Shown: in pieces, positions 27,377 to 43,300 of the stretch
Layout: every line of letters begins with the position of its first letter
Numbering within the stretch: the first letter of the stretch is position 1
Origin: Auanema rhodensis
Lineage: Eukaryota > Animalia > Nematoda
Assembly: GCA_964057225.1 (NCBI GenBank)
Contig: OZ059896.1
Span: 22,258,001 to 22,322,000, forward strand
Direction: 5' to 3'
DNA: 64,000 nucleotides
Notes under the pieces: model-generated
Seen by the model: the letters and a program-made list of their open reading frames with translations, nothing else
Databases searched by the model: none
Told to the model about the DNA's origin: nothing
Position numbers and translations under genes: made by a program

Positions 27377-30300
27377 TCGATGCGGATTTTTAAGCTGCGT
27401 CGATCTGTGTTATCAGATTTGCGCTAGCTTAAAAATGCACCGAGATATCAACTGATATAAGTTCACACTTATATCCTCGATTTTCACCCTGAAGAAAAAA
27501 TTTTTTCGTTGAATAACATTGTTCATCGTCTTTGCCTTGAAAAAAGGAATCTAAAAACATCTACTTTTTGCTAAATTATTTTGAAATTTTTCGAAAAAAT
27601 TTTTGTCAAAATGTTTTTGGAAGCAATGTTGAGTGTACATGGAAACTCAACATACACTAATGCATCATTTTTCAAACGATCATAACTAATTTTTGTATTA
27701 AGCGTTTCTCAATGTAGTATAGTGCATTCGATGCGGATTTTTAAGCTGCGTCGATCTGTGTTATCAGATTTGCGCTAGCTTAAAAATGCACCAAGATATC
27801 AACTGATATAAGTTCACACTTATATCCTCGATTTTCACCCTAAAGAATTAATTTTTTCGTTGAATAACATTGTCCATCGTCTTTGCCTTGAATAAAGGAA
27901 TCTAAAAACATCTACTTTTTGCTAAATTATTTCGAAATTTTTCGAAAAAATTTTTGTCAAAATGTTTTTGGAAGCAATGTTGAGTGTACATGGAAACTCA
28001 ACATACACTAATGCATCATTTTTCAAACGATCATAACTAATTTTTGTATTAAGCGTTTCTCAATGTAGTATTGTGCATTCGATGCGGATTTTTAAGCTGC
28101 GTCGATCTGTGTTATCAGATTTGCGCTAGCTTAAAAATGCACCGAGATATCAACTGATATAAGTTCACACTTATATCCTCGATTTTCACCCTGAAGAATT
28201 ATTTTTTTCGTTGAATAACACTGTCCATCGTCTTTGCCTTGAAAAATGGAATCTAAAAACATCTACTTTTTGCTAAATTATTTTGAAATTTTTCGAAAAA
28301 ATTTTTGTCAAAATGTTTTTGGAAGCAATGTTGAGTGTACATGGAAACTCAACATACACTAATGCATCATTTTTCAAACGATCATAACTAATTTTTGTAT
28401 TAAGCGTTTCTCAATGTAGTATAGTGCATTCGATGCGGATTTTTAAGCTGCGTCGATCTGTGTTATCAGATTTGCGCTAGCTTAAAAATGCACCGAGATA
28501 TCAACTGATATAAGTTCACACTTATATCCTCGATTTTCACCCTGAAGAATTAATTTTTTCGTTGAATAACATTGTCCATCGTCTTTGCCTTGAATAAAGG
28601 AATCTAAAAACATCTACTTTTTGCTAAATTATTTTGAAATTTTTCGAAAAAATTTTTGTCAAAATGTTTTTGGAAGCAATGTTGAGTGTACATGGAAACT
28701 CAACATACACTAATGCATCATTTTTCAAACGATCATAACTAATTTTTGTATTAAGCGTTTTTCAATGTAGTATAGTGCATTCGATGCGCATTTTTAAGCT
28801 GCGTCGATCTGTGTTATCAGATTTGCGCTAGCTTGAAAATGCACCGAGATATCAACTGATATAAGTTCACACTTATATCCTCGATTTTCACCCTGAAGAA
28901 TTAATTTTTTCGTTGAATAACATTGTCCATCGTCTTTGCCTTGAAAAATGGAATCTAAAAACATCTACTTTTTGCTAAATTATTTTGAAATTTTTCGAAA
29001 AAATTTTTGTCAAAATGTTTTTGGAAGCAATGTTGAGTGTACATGGAAACTCAACATACACTAATGCATCATTTTTCAAACGATCATAACTAATTTTTGT
29101 ATTAAGCGTTTCTCAATGTCGTATAGTGCATTCGATGCGGATTTTTAAGCTGCGTCGATCTGTGTTATCAGATTTGCGCTAGCTTAAAAATGCACCGAGA
29201 TATCAACTGATATAAGTTCACACTTATATCCTCGATTTTCACCCTGAAGAAAAAATTTTTTCGTTGAATAACATTGTTCATCGTCTTTGCCTTAAAAAAA
29301 GGAATCTAAAAACATCTACTTTTTGCTAAATTATTTTGAAATTTTTCGAAAAAATTTTTGTCAAAATGTTTTTGGAAGCAATGTTGAGTGTACATGGAAA
29401 CTCAACATACACTAATGCATCATTTTTCAAACGATCATAACTAATTTTTGTATTAAGCGTTTCTCAATGTCGTATAGTGCATTCGATGCGGATTTTTAAG
29501 CTGCGTCGATCTGTGTTATCAGATTTGCGCTAGCTTAAAAATGCACCGAGATATCAACTGATATAAGTTCACACTTATATCCTCGATTTTCACCCTGAAG
29601 AAAAAATTTTTTCGTTGAATAACATTGTTCATCGTCTTTGCCTTGAAAAAAGGAATCTAAAAACATCTACTTTTTGCTAAATTATTTTGAAATTTTTCGA
29701 AAAAATTTTTGTCAAAATGTTTTTGGAAGCAATGTTGAGTGTACATGGAAACTCAACATACACTAATGCATCATTTTTCAAACGATCATAACTAATTTTT
29801 GTATTAAGCGTTTCTCAATGTAGTATAGTGCATTCGATGCGGATTTTTAAGCTGCGTCGATCTGTGTTATCAGATTTGCGCTAGCTTAAAAATGCACCAA
29901 GATATCAACTGATATAAGTTCACACTTATATCCTCGATTTTCACCCTAAAGAATTAATTTTTTCGTTGAATAACATTGTCCATCGTCTTTGCCTTGAATA
30001 AAGGAATCTAAAAACATCTACTTTTTGCTAAATTATTTCGAAATTTTTCGAAAAAATTTTTGTCAAAATGTTTTTGGAAGCAATGTTGAGTGTACATGGA
30101 AACTCAACATACACTAATGCATCATTTTTCAAACGATCATAACTAATTTTTGTATTAAGCGTTTCTCAATGTAGTATTGTGCATTCGATGCGGATTTTTA
30201 AGCTGCGTCGATCTGTGTTATCAGATTTGCGCTAGCTTAAAAATGCACCGAGATATCAACTGATATAAGTTCACACTTATATCCTCGATTTTCACCCTGA

Positions 30301-33300
30301 AGAATTATTTTTTTCGTTGAATAACACTGTCCATCGTCTTTGCCTTGAAAAATGGAATCTAAAAACATCTACTTTTTGCTAAATTATTTTGAAATTTTTC
30401 GAAAAAATTTTTGTCAAAATGTTTTTGGAAGCAATGTTGAGTGTACATGGAAACTCAACATACACTAATGCATCATTTTTCAAACGATCATAACTAATTT
30501 TTGTATTAAGCGTTTCTCAATGTAGTATAGTGCATTCGATGCGGATTTTTAAGCTGCGTCGATCTGTGTTATCAGATTTGCGCTAGCTTAAAAATGCACC
30601 GAGATATCAACTGATATAAGTTCACACTTATATCCTCGATTTTCACCCTGAAGAATTAATTTTTTCGTTGAATAACATTGTCCATCGTCTTTGCCTTGAA
30701 TAAAGGAATCTAAAAACATCTACTTTTTGCTAAATTATTTTGAAATTTTTCGAAAAAATTTTTGTCAAAATGTTTTTGGAAGCAATGTTGAGTGTACATG
30801 GAAACTCAACATACACTAATGCATCATTTTTCAAACGATCATAACTAATTTTTGTATTAAGCGTTTTTCAATGTAGTATAGTGCATTCGATGCGCATTTT
30901 TAAGCTGCGTCGATCTGTGTTATCAGATTTGCGCTAGCTTGAAAATGCACCGAGATATCAACTGATATAAGTTCACACTTATATCCTCGATTTTCACCCT
31001 GAAGAATTAATTTTTTCGTTGAATAACATTGTCCATCGTCTTTGCCTTGAAAAATGGAATCTAAAAACATCTACTTTTTGCTAAATTATTTTGAAATTTT
31101 TCGAAAAAATTTTTGTCAAAATGTTTTTGGAAGCAATGTTGAGTGTACATGGAAACTCAACATACACTAATGCATCATTTTTCAAACGATCATAACTAAT
31201 TTTTGTATTAAGCGTTTCTCAATGTCGTATAGTGCATTCGATGCGGATTTTTAAGCTGCGTCGATCTGTGTTATCAGATTTGCGCTAGCTTAAAAATGCA
31301 CCGAGATATCAACTGATATAAGTTCACACTTATATCCTCGATTTTCACCCTGAAGAAAAAATTTTTTCGTTGAATAACATTGTTCATCGTCTTTGCCTTA
31401 AAAAAAGGAATCTAAAAACATCTACTTTTTGCTAAATTATTTTGAAATTTTTCGAAAAAATTTTTGTCAAAATGTTTTTGGAAGCAATGTTGAGTGTACA
31501 TGGAAACTCAACATACACTAATGCATCATTTTTCAAACGATCATAACTAATTTTTGTATTAAGCGTTTCTCAATGTCGTATAGTGCATTCGATGCGGATT
31601 TTTAAGCTGCGTCGATCTGTGTTATCAGATTTGCGCTAGCTTAAAAATGCACTGAGATATCAACTGATATAAGTTCACACTTATATCCTCGATTTTCACC
31701 CTGAAGAATTATTTTTTTCGTTGAATAACACTGTCCATCGTCTTTGCCTTGAAAAATGGAATCTAAAAACATCTACTTTTTGCTAAATTATTTTGAAATT
31801 TTTCGAAAAAATTTTTGTCAAAATGTTTTTGGAAGCAATGTTGAGTGTACATGGAAACTCAACATACACTAATGCATCATTTTTCAAACGATCATAACTA
31901 ATTTTTGTATTAAGCGTTTCTCAATGTAGTATAGTGCATTCGATGCGGATTTTTAAGCTGCGTCGATCTGTGTTATCAGATTTGCGCTAGCTTAAAAATG
32001 CACCGAGATATCAACTGATATAAGTTCACACTTATATCCTCGATTTTCACCCTGAAGAATTAATTTTTTCGTTGAATAACATTGTCCATCGTCTTTGCCT
32101 TGAATAAAGGAATCTAAAAACATCTACTTTTTGCTAAATTATTTTGAAATTTTTCGAAAAAATTTTTGTCAAAATGTTTTTGGAAGCAATGTTGAGTGTA
32201 CATGGAAACTCAACATACACTAATGCATCATTTTTCAAACGATCATAACTAATTTTTGTATTAAGCGTTTCTCAATGTAGTATAGTGCATTCGATGCGGA
32301 TTTTTAAGCTGCGTCGATCTGTGTTATCAGATTTGCGCTAGCTTAAAAATGCACCGAGATATCAACTGATATAAGTTCACACTTATATCCTCGATTTTCA
32401 CCCTGAAGAATTAATTTTTTCGTTGAATAACATTGTCCATCGTCTTTGCCTTGAATAAAGGAATCTAAAAACATCTACTTTTTGCTAAATTATTTTGAAA
32501 TTTTTCGAAAAAATTTTTGTCAAAATGTTTTTGGAAGCAATGTTGAGTGTACATGGAAACTCAACATACACTAATGCATCATTTTTCAAACGATCATAAC
32601 TAATTTTTGTATTAAGCGTTTCTCAATGTAGTATAGTGCATTCGATGCGGATTTTTAAGCTGCGTCGATCTGTGTTATCAGATTTGCGCTAGCTTAAAAA
32701 TGCACCGAGATATCAACTGATATAAGTTCACACTTATATCCTCGATTTTCACCCTGAAGAATTAATTTTTTCGTTGAATAACATTGTCCATCGTCTTTGC
32801 CTTGAATAAAGGAATCTAAAAACATCTACTTTTTGCTAAATTATTTTGAAATTTTTCGAAAAAATTTTTGTCAAAATGTTTTTGGAAGCAATGTTGAGTG
32901 TACATGGAAACTCAACATACACTAATGCATCATTTTTCAAACGATCATAACTAATTTTTGTATTAAGCGTTTCTCAATGTAGTATAGTGCATTCGATGCG
33001 GATTTTTAAGCTGCGTCGATCTGTGTTATCAGATTTGCGCTAGCTTAAAAATGCACCGAGATATCAACTGATATAAGTTCACACTTATATCCTCGATTTT
33101 CACCCTAAAGAATTAATTTTTTCGTTGAATAACATTGTCCATCGTCTTTGCCTTGAATAAAGGAATCTAAAAACATCTACTTTTTGCTAAATTATTTCGA
33201 AATTTTTCGAAAAAATTTTTGTCAAAATGTTTTTGGAAGCAATGTTGAGTGTACATGGAAACTCAACATACACTAATGCATCATTTTTCAAACGATCATA

Positions 33301-35800
33301 ACTAATTTTTGTATTAAGCGTTTCTCAATGTAGTATTGTGCATTCGATGCGGATTTTTAAGCTGCGTCGATCTGTGTTATCAGATTTGCGCTAGCTTAAA
33401 AATGCACCGAGATATCAACTGATATAAGTTCACACTTATATCCTCGATTTTCACCCTGAAGAATTATTTTTTTCGTTGAATAACACTGTCCATCGTCTTT
33501 GCCTTGAAAAATGGAATCTAAAAACATCTACTTTTTGCTAAATTATTTTGAAATTTTTCGAAAAAATTTTTGTCAAAATGTTTTTGGAAGCAATGTTGAG
33601 TGTACATGGAAACTCAACATACACTAATGCATCATTTTTCAAACGATCATAACTAATTTTTGTATTAAGCGTTTCTCAATGTAGTATAGTGCATTCGATG
33701 CGGATTTTTAAGCTGCGTCGATCTGTGTTATCAGATTTGCGCTAGCTTAAAAATGCACCGAGATATCAACTGATATAAGTTCACACTTATATCCTCGATT
33801 TTCACCCTGAAGAATTAATTTTTTCGTTGAATAACATTGTCCATCGTCTTTGCCTTGAATAAAGGAATCTAAAAACATCTACTTTTTGCTAAATTATTTT
33901 GAAATTTTTCGAAAAAATTTTTGTCAAAATGTTTTTGGAAGCAATGTTGAGTGTACATGGAAACTCAACATACACTAATGCATCATTTTTCAAACGATCA
34001 TAACTAATTTTTGTATTAAGCGTTTTTCAATGTAGTATAGTGCATTCGATGCGCATTTTTAAGCTGCGTCGATCTGTGTTATCAGATTTGCGCTAGCTTG
34101 AAAATGCACCGAGATATCAACTGATATAAGTTCACACTTATATCCTCGATTTTCACCCTGAAGAATTAATTTTTTCGTTGAATAACATTGTCCATCGTCT
34201 TTGCCTTGAAAAATGGAATCTTAAAACATCTACTTTTTGCTAAATTATTTTGAAATTTTTCGAAAAAATTTTTGTCAAAATGTTTTTGGAAGCAATGTTG
34301 AGTGTACATGGAAACTCAACATACACTAATGCATCATTTTTCAAACGATCATAACTAATTTTTGTATTAAGCGTTTCTCAATGTCGTATAGTGCATTCGA
34401 TGCGGATTTTTAAGCTGCGTCGATCTGTGTTATCAGATTTGCGCTAGCTTAAAAATGCACCGAGATATCAACTGATATAAGTTCACACTTATATCCTCGA
34501 TTTTCACCCTGAAGAAAAAATTTTTTCGTTGAATAACATTGTTCATCGTCTTTGCCTTAAAAAAAGGAATCTAAAAACATCTACTTTTTGCTAAATTATT
34601 TTGAAATTTTTCGAAAAAATTTTTGTCAAAATGTTTTTGGAAGCAATGTTGAGTGTACATGGAAACTCAACATACACTAATGCATCATTTTTCAAACGAT
34701 CATAACTAATTTTTGTATTAAGCGTTTCTCAATGTCGTATAGTGCATTCGATGCGGATTTTTAAGCTGCGTCGATCTGTGTTATCAGATTTGCGCTAGCT
34801 TAAAAATGCACCGAGATATCAACTGATATAAGTTCACACTTATATCCTCGATTTTCACCCTGAAGAAAAAATTTTTTCGTTGAATAACATTGTTCATCGT
34901 CTTTGCCTTAAAAAAAGGAATCTAAAAACATCTACTTTTTGCTAAATTATTTTGAAATTTTTCGAAAAAATTTTTGTCAAAATGTTTTTGGAAGCAATGT
35001 TGAGTGTACATGGAAACTCAACATACACTAATGCATCATTTTTCAAACGATCATAACTAATTTTTGTATTAAGCGTTTCTCAATGTAGTATAGTGCATTC
35101 GATGCGGATTTTTAAGCTGCGTCGATCTGTGTTATCAGATTTGCGCTAGCTTAAAAATGCACCAAGATATCAACTGATATAAGTTCACACTTATATCCTC
35201 GATTTTCACCCTAAAGAATTAATTTTTTCGTTGAATAACATTGTCCATCGTCTTTGCCTTGAATAAAGGAATCTAAAAACATCTACTTTTTGCTAAATTA
35301 TTTCGAAATTTTTCGAAAAAATTTTTGTCAAAATGTTTTTGGAAGCAATGTTGAGTGTACATGGAAACTCAACATACACTAATGCATCATTTTTCAAACG
35401 ATCATAACTAATTTTTGTATTAAGCGTTTCTCAATGTAGTATTGTGCATTCGATGCGGATTTTTAAGCTGCGTCGATCTGTGTTATCAGATTTGCGCTAG
35501 CTTAAAAATGCACCGAGATATCAACTGATATAAGTTCACACTTATATCCTCGATTTTCACCCTGAAGAATTATTTTTTTCGTTGAATAACACTGTCCATC
35601 GTCTTTGCCTTGAAAAATGGAATCTAAAAACATCTACTTTTTGCTAAATTATTTTGAAATTTTTCGAAAAAATTTTTGTCAAAATGTTTTTGGAAGCAAT
35701 GTTGAGTGTACATGGAAACTCAACATACACTAATGCATCATTTTTCAAACGATCATAACTAATTTTTGTATTAAGCGTTTCTCAATGTAGTATAGTGCAT
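27377..35800. repeat. 6-mer higher-order repeat (2106 bp), about 3.5 units with one irregular interval
   Basis: The marker A345T (GTATTGTG) lies at 28072, 30178, 33337 and 35443 (spacings 2106, 3159, 2106). The same succession of monomer types follows each marker. Confidence 0.88.
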
Positions 35801-38800
35801 TCGATGCGGATTTTTAAGCTGCGTCGATCTGTGTTATCAGATTTGCGCTAGCTTAAAAATGCACCGAGATATCAACTGATATAAGTTCACACTTATATCC
35901 TCGATTTTCACCCTGAAGAATTAATTTTTTCGTTGAATAACATTGTCCATCGTCTTTGCCTTGAAAAATGGAATCTAAAAACATCTACTTTTTGCTAAAT
36001 TATTTTGAAATTTTTCGAAAAAATTTTTGTCAAAATGTTTTTGGAAGCAATGTTGAGTGTACATGGAAACTCAACATACACTAATGCATCATTTTTCAAA
36101 CGATCATAACTAATTTTTGTATCAAGCGTTTCTCAATGTAGTATAGTGCATTCGATGCGGATTTTTAAGCTGCGTCGATCTGTGTTATCAGATTTGCGCT
36201 AGCTTAAAAATGCACCGAGATATCAACTGATATAAGTTCACACTTATATCCTCGATTTTCACCCTGAAGAATTAATTTTTTCGTTGAATAACATTGTCCA
36301 TCGTCTTTGCCTTGAAAAATGGAATCTAAAAACATCTACTTTTTGCTAAATTATTTTGAAATTTTTCGAAAAAATTTTTGTCAAAATGTTTTTGGAAGCA
36401 ATGTTGAGTGTACATGGAAACTCAACATACACTAATGCATCATTTTTCAAACGATCATAACTAATTTTTGTATCAAGCGTTTCTCAATGTAGTATAGTGC
36501 ATTCGATGCGGATTTTTAAGCTGCGTCGATCTGTGTTATCAGATTTGCGCTAGCTGAAAAATGCACCGAGATATCAACTGATATAAGTTCACACTTATAT
36601 CCTCGATTTTCACCCTGAAGAATTATTTTTTTCGTTGAATAACACTGTCCATCGTCTTTGCCTTGAAAAATGGAATCTAAAAACATCTACTTTTTGCTAA
36701 ATTATTTTGAAATTTTTCGAAAAAATTTTTGTCAAAATGTTTTTGGAAGCAATGTTGAGTGTACATGGAAACTCAACATACACTAATGCATCATTTTTCA
36801 AACGATCATAACTAATTTTTGTATTAAGCGTTTTTCAATGTAGTATAGTGCATTCGATGCGCATTTTTAAGCTGCGTCGATCTGTGTTATCAGATTTGCG
36901 CTAGCTTGAAAATGCACCGAGATATCAACTGATATAAGTTCACACTTATATCCTCGATTTTCACCCTGAAGAATTAATTTTTTCGTTGAATAACATTGTC
37001 CATCGTCTTTGCCTTGAAAAATGGAATCTAAAAACATCTACTTTTTGCTAAATTATTTTGAAATTTTTCGAAAAAATTTTTGTCAAAATGTTTTTGGAAG
37101 CAATGTTGAGTGTACATGGAAACTCAACATACACTAATGCATCATTTTTCAAACGATCATAACTAATTTTTGTATTAAGCGTTTCTCAATGTAGTATAGT
37201 GCATTCGATGCGGATTTTTAAGCTGCGTCGATCTGTGTTATCAGATTTGCGCTAGCTTAAAAATGCACCGAGATATCAACTGATATAAGTTCACTCTTAT
37301 ATCCTCGATTTTCACCCTGAAGAATTAATTTTTTCGTTGAATAACATTGTCCATCGTCTTTGCCTTGAAAAATGGAATCTAAAAACATCTACTTTTTGCT
37401 AAATTATTTTGAAATTTTTCGAAAAAATTTTTGTCAAAATGTTTTTGGAAGCAATGTTGAGTGTACATGGAAACTCAACATACACTAATGCATCATTTTT
37501 CAAACGATCATAACTAATTTTTGTATTAAGCGTTTCTCAATGTAGTATAGTGCATTCGATGCGGATTTTTAAGCTGCGTCGATCTGTGTTATCAGATTTG
37601 CGCTAGCTTAAAAATGCACCGAGATATCAACTGATATAAGTTCACACTTATATCCTCGATTTTCACCCTGAAGAATTAATTTTTTCGTTGAATAACATTG
37701 TCCATCGTCTTTGCCTTGAAAAATGGAATCTAAAAACATCTACTTTTTGCTAAATTATTTTGAAATTTTTCGAAAAAATTTTTGTCAAAATGTTTTTGGA
37801 AGCAATGTTGAGTGTACATGGAAACTCAACATACACTAATGCATCATTTTTCAAACGATCATAACTAATTTTTGTATTAAGCGTTTCTCAATGTAGTATA
37901 GTGCATTCGATGCGGATTTTTAAGCTGCGTCGATCTGTGTTATCAGATTTGCGCTAGCTTAAAAATGCACCGAGATATCAACTGATATAAGTTCACTCTT
38001 ATATCCTCGATTTTCACCCTGAAGAATTAATTTTTTCGTTGAATAACATTGTCCATCGTCTTTGCCTTGAAAAATGGAATCTAAAAACATCTACTTTTCG
38101 CTAAATTATTTTGAAATTTTTCGAAAAAATTTTTGTCAAAATGTTTTTGGAAGCAATGTTGAGTGTACATGGAAACTCAACATACACTAATGCATCATTT
38201 TTCAAACGATCATAACTAATTTTTGTATTAAGCGTTTCTCAATGTAGTATAGTGCATTCGATGCGGATTTTTAAGCTGCGTCGATCTGTGTTATCAGATT
38301 TGCGCTAGCTGAAAAATGCACCGAGATATCAACTGATATAAGTTCACACTTATATCCTCGATTTTCACCCTGAAGAATTATTTTTTTCGTTGAATAACAC
38401 TGTCCATCGTCTTTGCCTTGAAAAATGGAATCTAAAAACATCTACTTTTCGCTAAATTATTTTGAAATTTTTCGAAAAAATTTTTGTCAAAATGTTTTTG
38501 GAAGCAATGTTGAGTGTACATGGAAACTCAACATACACTAATGCATCATTTTTCAAACGATCATAACTAATTTTTGTATTAAGCGTTTCTCAATGTAGTA
38601 TAGTGCATTCGATGCGGATTTTTAAGCTGCGTCGATCTGTGTTATCAGATTTGCGCTAGCTTAAAAATGCACCGAGATATCAACTGATATAAGTTCACTC
38701 TTATATCCTCGATTTTCACCCTGAAGAATTAATTTTTTCGTTGAATAACATTGTCCATCGTCTTTGCCTTGAAAAATGGAATCTAAAAACATCTACTTTT

Positions 38801-40363
38801 CGCTAAATTATTTTGAAATTTTTCGAAAAAATTTTTGTCAAAATGTTTTTGGAAGCAATGTTGAGTGTACATGGAAACTCAACATACACTAATGCATCAT
38901 TTTTCAAACGATCATAACTAATTTTTGTATTAAGCGTTTCTCAATGTAGTATAGTGCATTCGATGCGGATTTTTAAGCTGCGTCGATCTGTGTTATCAGA
39001 TTTGCGCTAGCTGAAAAATGCACCGAGATATCAACTGATATAAGTTCACACTTATATCCTCGATTTTCACCCTGAAGAATTATTTTTTTCGTTGAATAAC
39101 ACTGTCCATCGTCTTTGCCTTGAAAAATGGAATCTAAAAACATCTACTTTTTGCTAAATTATTTTGAAATTTTTCGAAAAAATTTTTGTCAAAATGTTTT
39201 TGGAAGCAATGTTGAGTGTACATGGAAACTCAACATACACTAATGCATCATTTTTCAAACGATCATAACTAATTTTTGTATTAAGCGTTTTTCAATGTAG
39301 TATAGTGCATTCGATGCGCATTTTTAAGCTGCGTCGATCTGTGTTATCAGATTTGCGCTAGCTTGAAAATGCACCGAGATATCAACTGATATAAGTTCAC
39401 ACTTATATCCTCGATTTTCACCCTGAAGAATTAATTTTTTCGTTGAATAACATTGTCCATCGTCTTTGCCTTGAAAAATGGAATCTAAAAACATCTACTT
39501 TTTGCTAAATTATTTTGAAATTTTTCGAAAAAATTTTTGTCAAAATGTTTTTGGAAGCAATGTTGAGTGTACATGGAAACTCAACATACACTAATGCATC
39601 ATTTTTCAAACGATCATAACTAATTTTTGTATTAAGCGTTTCTCAATGTAGTATAGTGCATTCGATGCGGATTTTTAAGCTGCGTCGATCTGTGTTATCA
39701 GATTTGCGCTAGCTTAAAAATGCACCGAGATATCAACTGATATAAGTTCACTCTTATATCCTCGATTTTCACCCTGAAGAATTAATTTTTTCGTTGAATA
39801 ACATTGTCCATCGTCTTTGCCTTGAAAAATGGAATCTAAAAACATCTACTTTTTGCTAAATTAATTTGAAATTTTTCGAAAAAATTTTTGTCAAAATGTT
39901 TTTGGAAGCAATGTTGAGTGTACATGGAAACTCAACATACACTAATGCATCATTTTTCAAACGATCATAACTAATTTTTGTATTAAGCGTTTCTCAATGT
40001 AGTATAGTGCATTCGATGCGGATTTTTAAGCTGCGTCGATCTGTGTTATCAGATTTGCGCTAGCTTAAAAATGCACCGAGATATCAACTGATATAAGTTC
40101 ACTCTTATATCCTCGATTTTCACCCTGAAGAATTAATTTTTTCGTTGAATAACATTGTCCATCGTCTTTGCCTTGAAAAATGGAATCTAAAAACATCTAC
40201 TTTTTGCTAAATTATTTTGAAATTTTTCGAAAAAATTTTTGTCAAAATGTTTTTGGAAGCAATGTTGAGTGTACATGGAAACTCAACATACACTAATGCA
40301 TCATTTTTCAAACGATCATAACTAATTTTTGTATTAAGCGTTTTTCAATGTAGTATAGTGCAT

Positions 40364-43300
40364 TCGATGCGCATTTTTAAGCTGCGTCGATCTGTGTTAT
40401 CAGATTTGCGCTAGCTTGAAAATGCACCGAGATATCAACTGATATAAGTTCACACTTATATCCTCGATTTTCACCCTGAAGAATTAATTTTTTCGTTGAA
40501 TAACATTGTCCATCGTCTTTGCCTTGAAAAATGGAATCTAAAAACATCTACTTTTTGCTAAATTATTTTGAAATTTTTCGAAAAAATTTTTGTCAAAATG
40601 TTTTTGGAAGCAATGTTGAGTGTACATGGAAACTCAACATACACTAATGCATCATTTTTCTAACGATCATAACTAATTTTTGTATTAAGCGTTTTTCAAT
40701 GTAGTATAGTGCATTCGATGCGGATTTTTAAGCTGCGTCGATCTGTGTTATCAGATTTGCGCTAGCTTAAAAATGCACCAAGATATCAACTGATATAAGT
40801 TCACACTTATATCCTCGATTTTCACCCTAAAGAATTAATTTTTTCGTTGAATAACATTGTCCATCGTCTTTGCCTTGAATAAAGGAATCTAAAAACATCT
40901 ACTTTTTGCTAAATTATTTCGAAATTTTTCGAAAAAATTTTTGTCAAAATGTTTTTGGAAGCAATGTTGAGTGTACATGGAAACTCAACATACACTAATG
41001 CATCATTTTTCAAACGATCATAACTAATTTTTGTATTAAGCGTTTCTCAATGTAGTATAGTGCATTCGATGCGGATTTTTAAGCTGCGTCGATCTGTGTT
41101 ATCAGATTTGCGCTAGCTTGAAAATGCACCGAGATATCAACTAATATAAGTTCACTCTTATATCCTCGATTTTCACCCTGAAGAATTAATTTTTTCGTTG
41201 AATAACATTGTCCATCGTCTTTGCCTTGAAAAATGGAATCTAAAAACATCTACTTTTTGCTAAATTATTTTGAAATTTTTCGAAAAAATTTTTGTCAAAA
41301 TGTTTTTGGAAGCAATGTTGAGTGTACATGGAAACTCAACATACACTAATGCATCATTTTTCAAACGATCATAACTAATTTTTGTATTAAGCGTTTCTCA
41401 ATGTAGTATAGTGCATTCGATGCGGATTTTTAAGCTGCGTCGATCTGTGTTATCAGATTTGCGCTAGCTTAAAAATGCACCGAGATATCAACTGATATAA
41501 GTTCACACTTATATCCTCGATTTTCACCCTGAAGAATTATTTTTTTCGTTGAATAACACTGTCCATCGTCTTTGCCTTGAAAAATGGAATCTAAAAACAT
41601 CTACTTTTTGCTAAATTATTTTGAAATTTTTCGAAACAATTTTTGTCAAAATGTTTTTGGAAGCAATGTTGAGTGTACATGGAAACTCAACATACACTAA
41701 TGCATCATTTTTCAAACGATCATAACTAATTTTTGTATTAAGCGTTTCTCAATGTAGTATAGTGCATTCGATGCGGATTTTTAAGCTGCGTCGATCTGTG
41801 TTATCAGATTTGCGCTAGCTTAAAAATGCACCGAGATATCAACTGATATAAGTTCACTCTTATATCCTCGATTTTCACCCTGAAGAATTAATTTTTTCGT
41901 TGAATAACATTGTCCATCGTCTTTGCCTTGAAAAATGGAATCTAAAAACATCTACTTTTTGCTAAATTATTTTGAAATTTTTCGAAAAAATTTTTGTCAA
42001 AATGTTTTTGGAAGCAATGTTGAGTGTACATGGAAACTCAACATACACTAATGCATCATTTTTCAAACGATCATAACTAATTTTTGTATTAAGCGTTTCT
42101 CAATGTAGTATAGTGCATTCGATGCGGATTTTTAAGCTGCGTCGATCTGTGTTATCAGATTTGCGCTAGCTGAAAAATGCACCGAGATATCAACTGATAT
42201 AAGTTCACACTTATATCCTCGATTTTCACCCTGAAGAATTATTTTTTTCGTTGAATAACACTGTCCATCGTCTTTGCCTTGAAAAATGGAATCTAAAAAC
42301 ATCTACTTTTTGCTAAATTATTTTGAAATTTTTCGAAAAAATTTTTGTCAAAATGTTTTTGGAAGCAATGTTGAGTGTACATGGAAACTCAACATACACT
42401 AATGCATCATTTTTCAAACGATCATAACTAATTTTTGTATTAAGCGTTTTTCAATGTAGTATAGTGCATTCGATGCGCATTTTTAAGCTGCGTCGATCTG
42501 TGTTATCAGATTTGCGCTAGCTTGAAAATGCACCGAGATATCAACTGATATAAGTTCACACTTATATCCTCGATTTTCACCCTGAAGAATTAATTTTTTC
42601 GTTGAATAACATTGTCCATCGTCTTTGCCTTGAAAAATGGAATCTAAAAACATCTACTTTTTGCTAAATTATTTTGAAATTTTTCGAAAAAATTTTTGTC
42701 AAAATGTTTTTGGAAGCAATGTTGAGTGTACATGGAAACTCAACATACACTAATGCATCATTTTTCAAACGATCATAACTAATTTTTGTATTAAGCGTTT
42801 TTCAATGTAGTATAGTGCATTCGATGCGGATTTTTAAGCTGCGTCGATCTGTGTTATCAGATTTGCGCTAGCTTAAAAATGCACCAAGATATCAACTGAT
42901 ATAAGTGCACACTTATATCCTCGATTTTCACCCTAAAGAATTAATTTTTTCGTTGAATAACATTGTCCATCGTCTTTGCCTTGAATAAAGGAATCTAAAA
43001 ACATCTACTTTTTGCTAAATTATTTCGAAATTTTTCGAAAAAATTTTTGTCAAAATGTTTTTGGAAGCAATGTTGAGTGTACATGGAAACTCAACATACA
43101 CTAATGCATCATTTTTCAAACGATCATAACTAATTTTTGTATTAAGCGTTTCTCAATGTAGTATAGTGCATTCGATGCGGATTTTTAAGCTGCGTCGATC
43201 TGTGTTATCAGATTTGCGCTAGCTTAAAAATGCACCGAGATATCAACTAATATAAGTTCACTCTTATATCCTCGATTTTCACCCTGAAGAATTAATTTTT

